Assembly (NCBI GenBank): GCA_964106915.2
Contig: OZ066927.1
Direction: 5' to 3' (one strand)
Length of the DNA stretch: 64,000 nt
Source of the DNA: Podarcis gaigeae
Lineage: Eukaryota
Both the position numbers and the translations under genes were made by a program. Shown piece by piece: positions 63,585 to 64,000 of the stretch. The notes below the pieces were generated by a model. The model did no database searches. It was not told where the DNA came from and saw only the letters and a program-made list of their open reading frames with translations. How positions within the stretch are numbered: position 1 is the stretch's first letter; each line of letters begins with the position of its first letter.

Positions 63585-64000
63585 TCTGGACAGAAAGCCC
63601 TGCCAGGCAGCTGCATTCAACTTGGGGTACAAAAGTAAGAATGCAAGAGCCTCAGAAGAGCCTACTGGATCAGGCCAAAGGGTGCTGCACCCTGGTCTCA
63701 CATATCCCAAAACTGCACCCACCCCCCAAAAAAGTGTGCATTAGGGGGGGGGAGTGGTTTAAAATGATCATTTTTTTCTTGAGGTCCTTTTTTAAAAAAA
63801 TGCAAATTCCCACAGAAGTGCGATGAACTGAAATTTGCCAAAAGATAGGGGGAAAGAGGCCATTGCAAGAGTGCGATTGACGGAGCTGCCTTGAAAACGG
63901 TTGTAAGCTGGTGCTGCAGCCTCTCTCAGCCCTTAGTCCTGTTGCAGAAAGAAATAGTGCTGCCCCCTGAAGGGGCAATGAAAAGAGAAGGGTCTTCCTG

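Overview
Eukaryotic (vertebrate) genomic DNA, most likely from a squamate and probably a lacertid lizard, judged from Sauria SINEs with (ACCTTT)n tails plus CR1, BovB and Rex1 LINE remnants. The window holds the 3' half of PRKCB (protein kinase C beta) on the minus strand. There are seven kinase-domain exons (59406 to 28345; 174/92/63/139/81/108/141 bp, all GT-AG and phase-consistent), followed by the two alternative C-terminal V5 exons: betaII (15170-15328, ...[18 protein letters not shown]) and betaI (5397-5549, ...[15 protein letters not shown]). The upstream exons lie beyond position 64000. The rest is intron, UTR and flank packed with often nested transposon remnants (SINEs, CR1/L2/L1/RTE/Rex1 fragments, hAT and Tc1/mariner MITEs, a solo LTR) and microsatellites. 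Nearly all ORFs in the supplied track are spurious or TE-derived. I found no prokaryote-type system. The best leads are: (i) a candidate structured splicing-control module upstream of the betaII exon (two hairpins, a YCAY loop, UGCAUG sites) plus a post-stop donor that could couple betaII splicing to NMD; (ii) a hairpin MITE family whose copies share a core but carry different termini; (iii) a duplicated tRNA-Lys/CR1 composite; (iv) inverted SINE pairs flanking kinase exons. Comparisons to human PRKCB and TE family names come from memory, not database searches. TE boundaries without a stated TSD are approximate.
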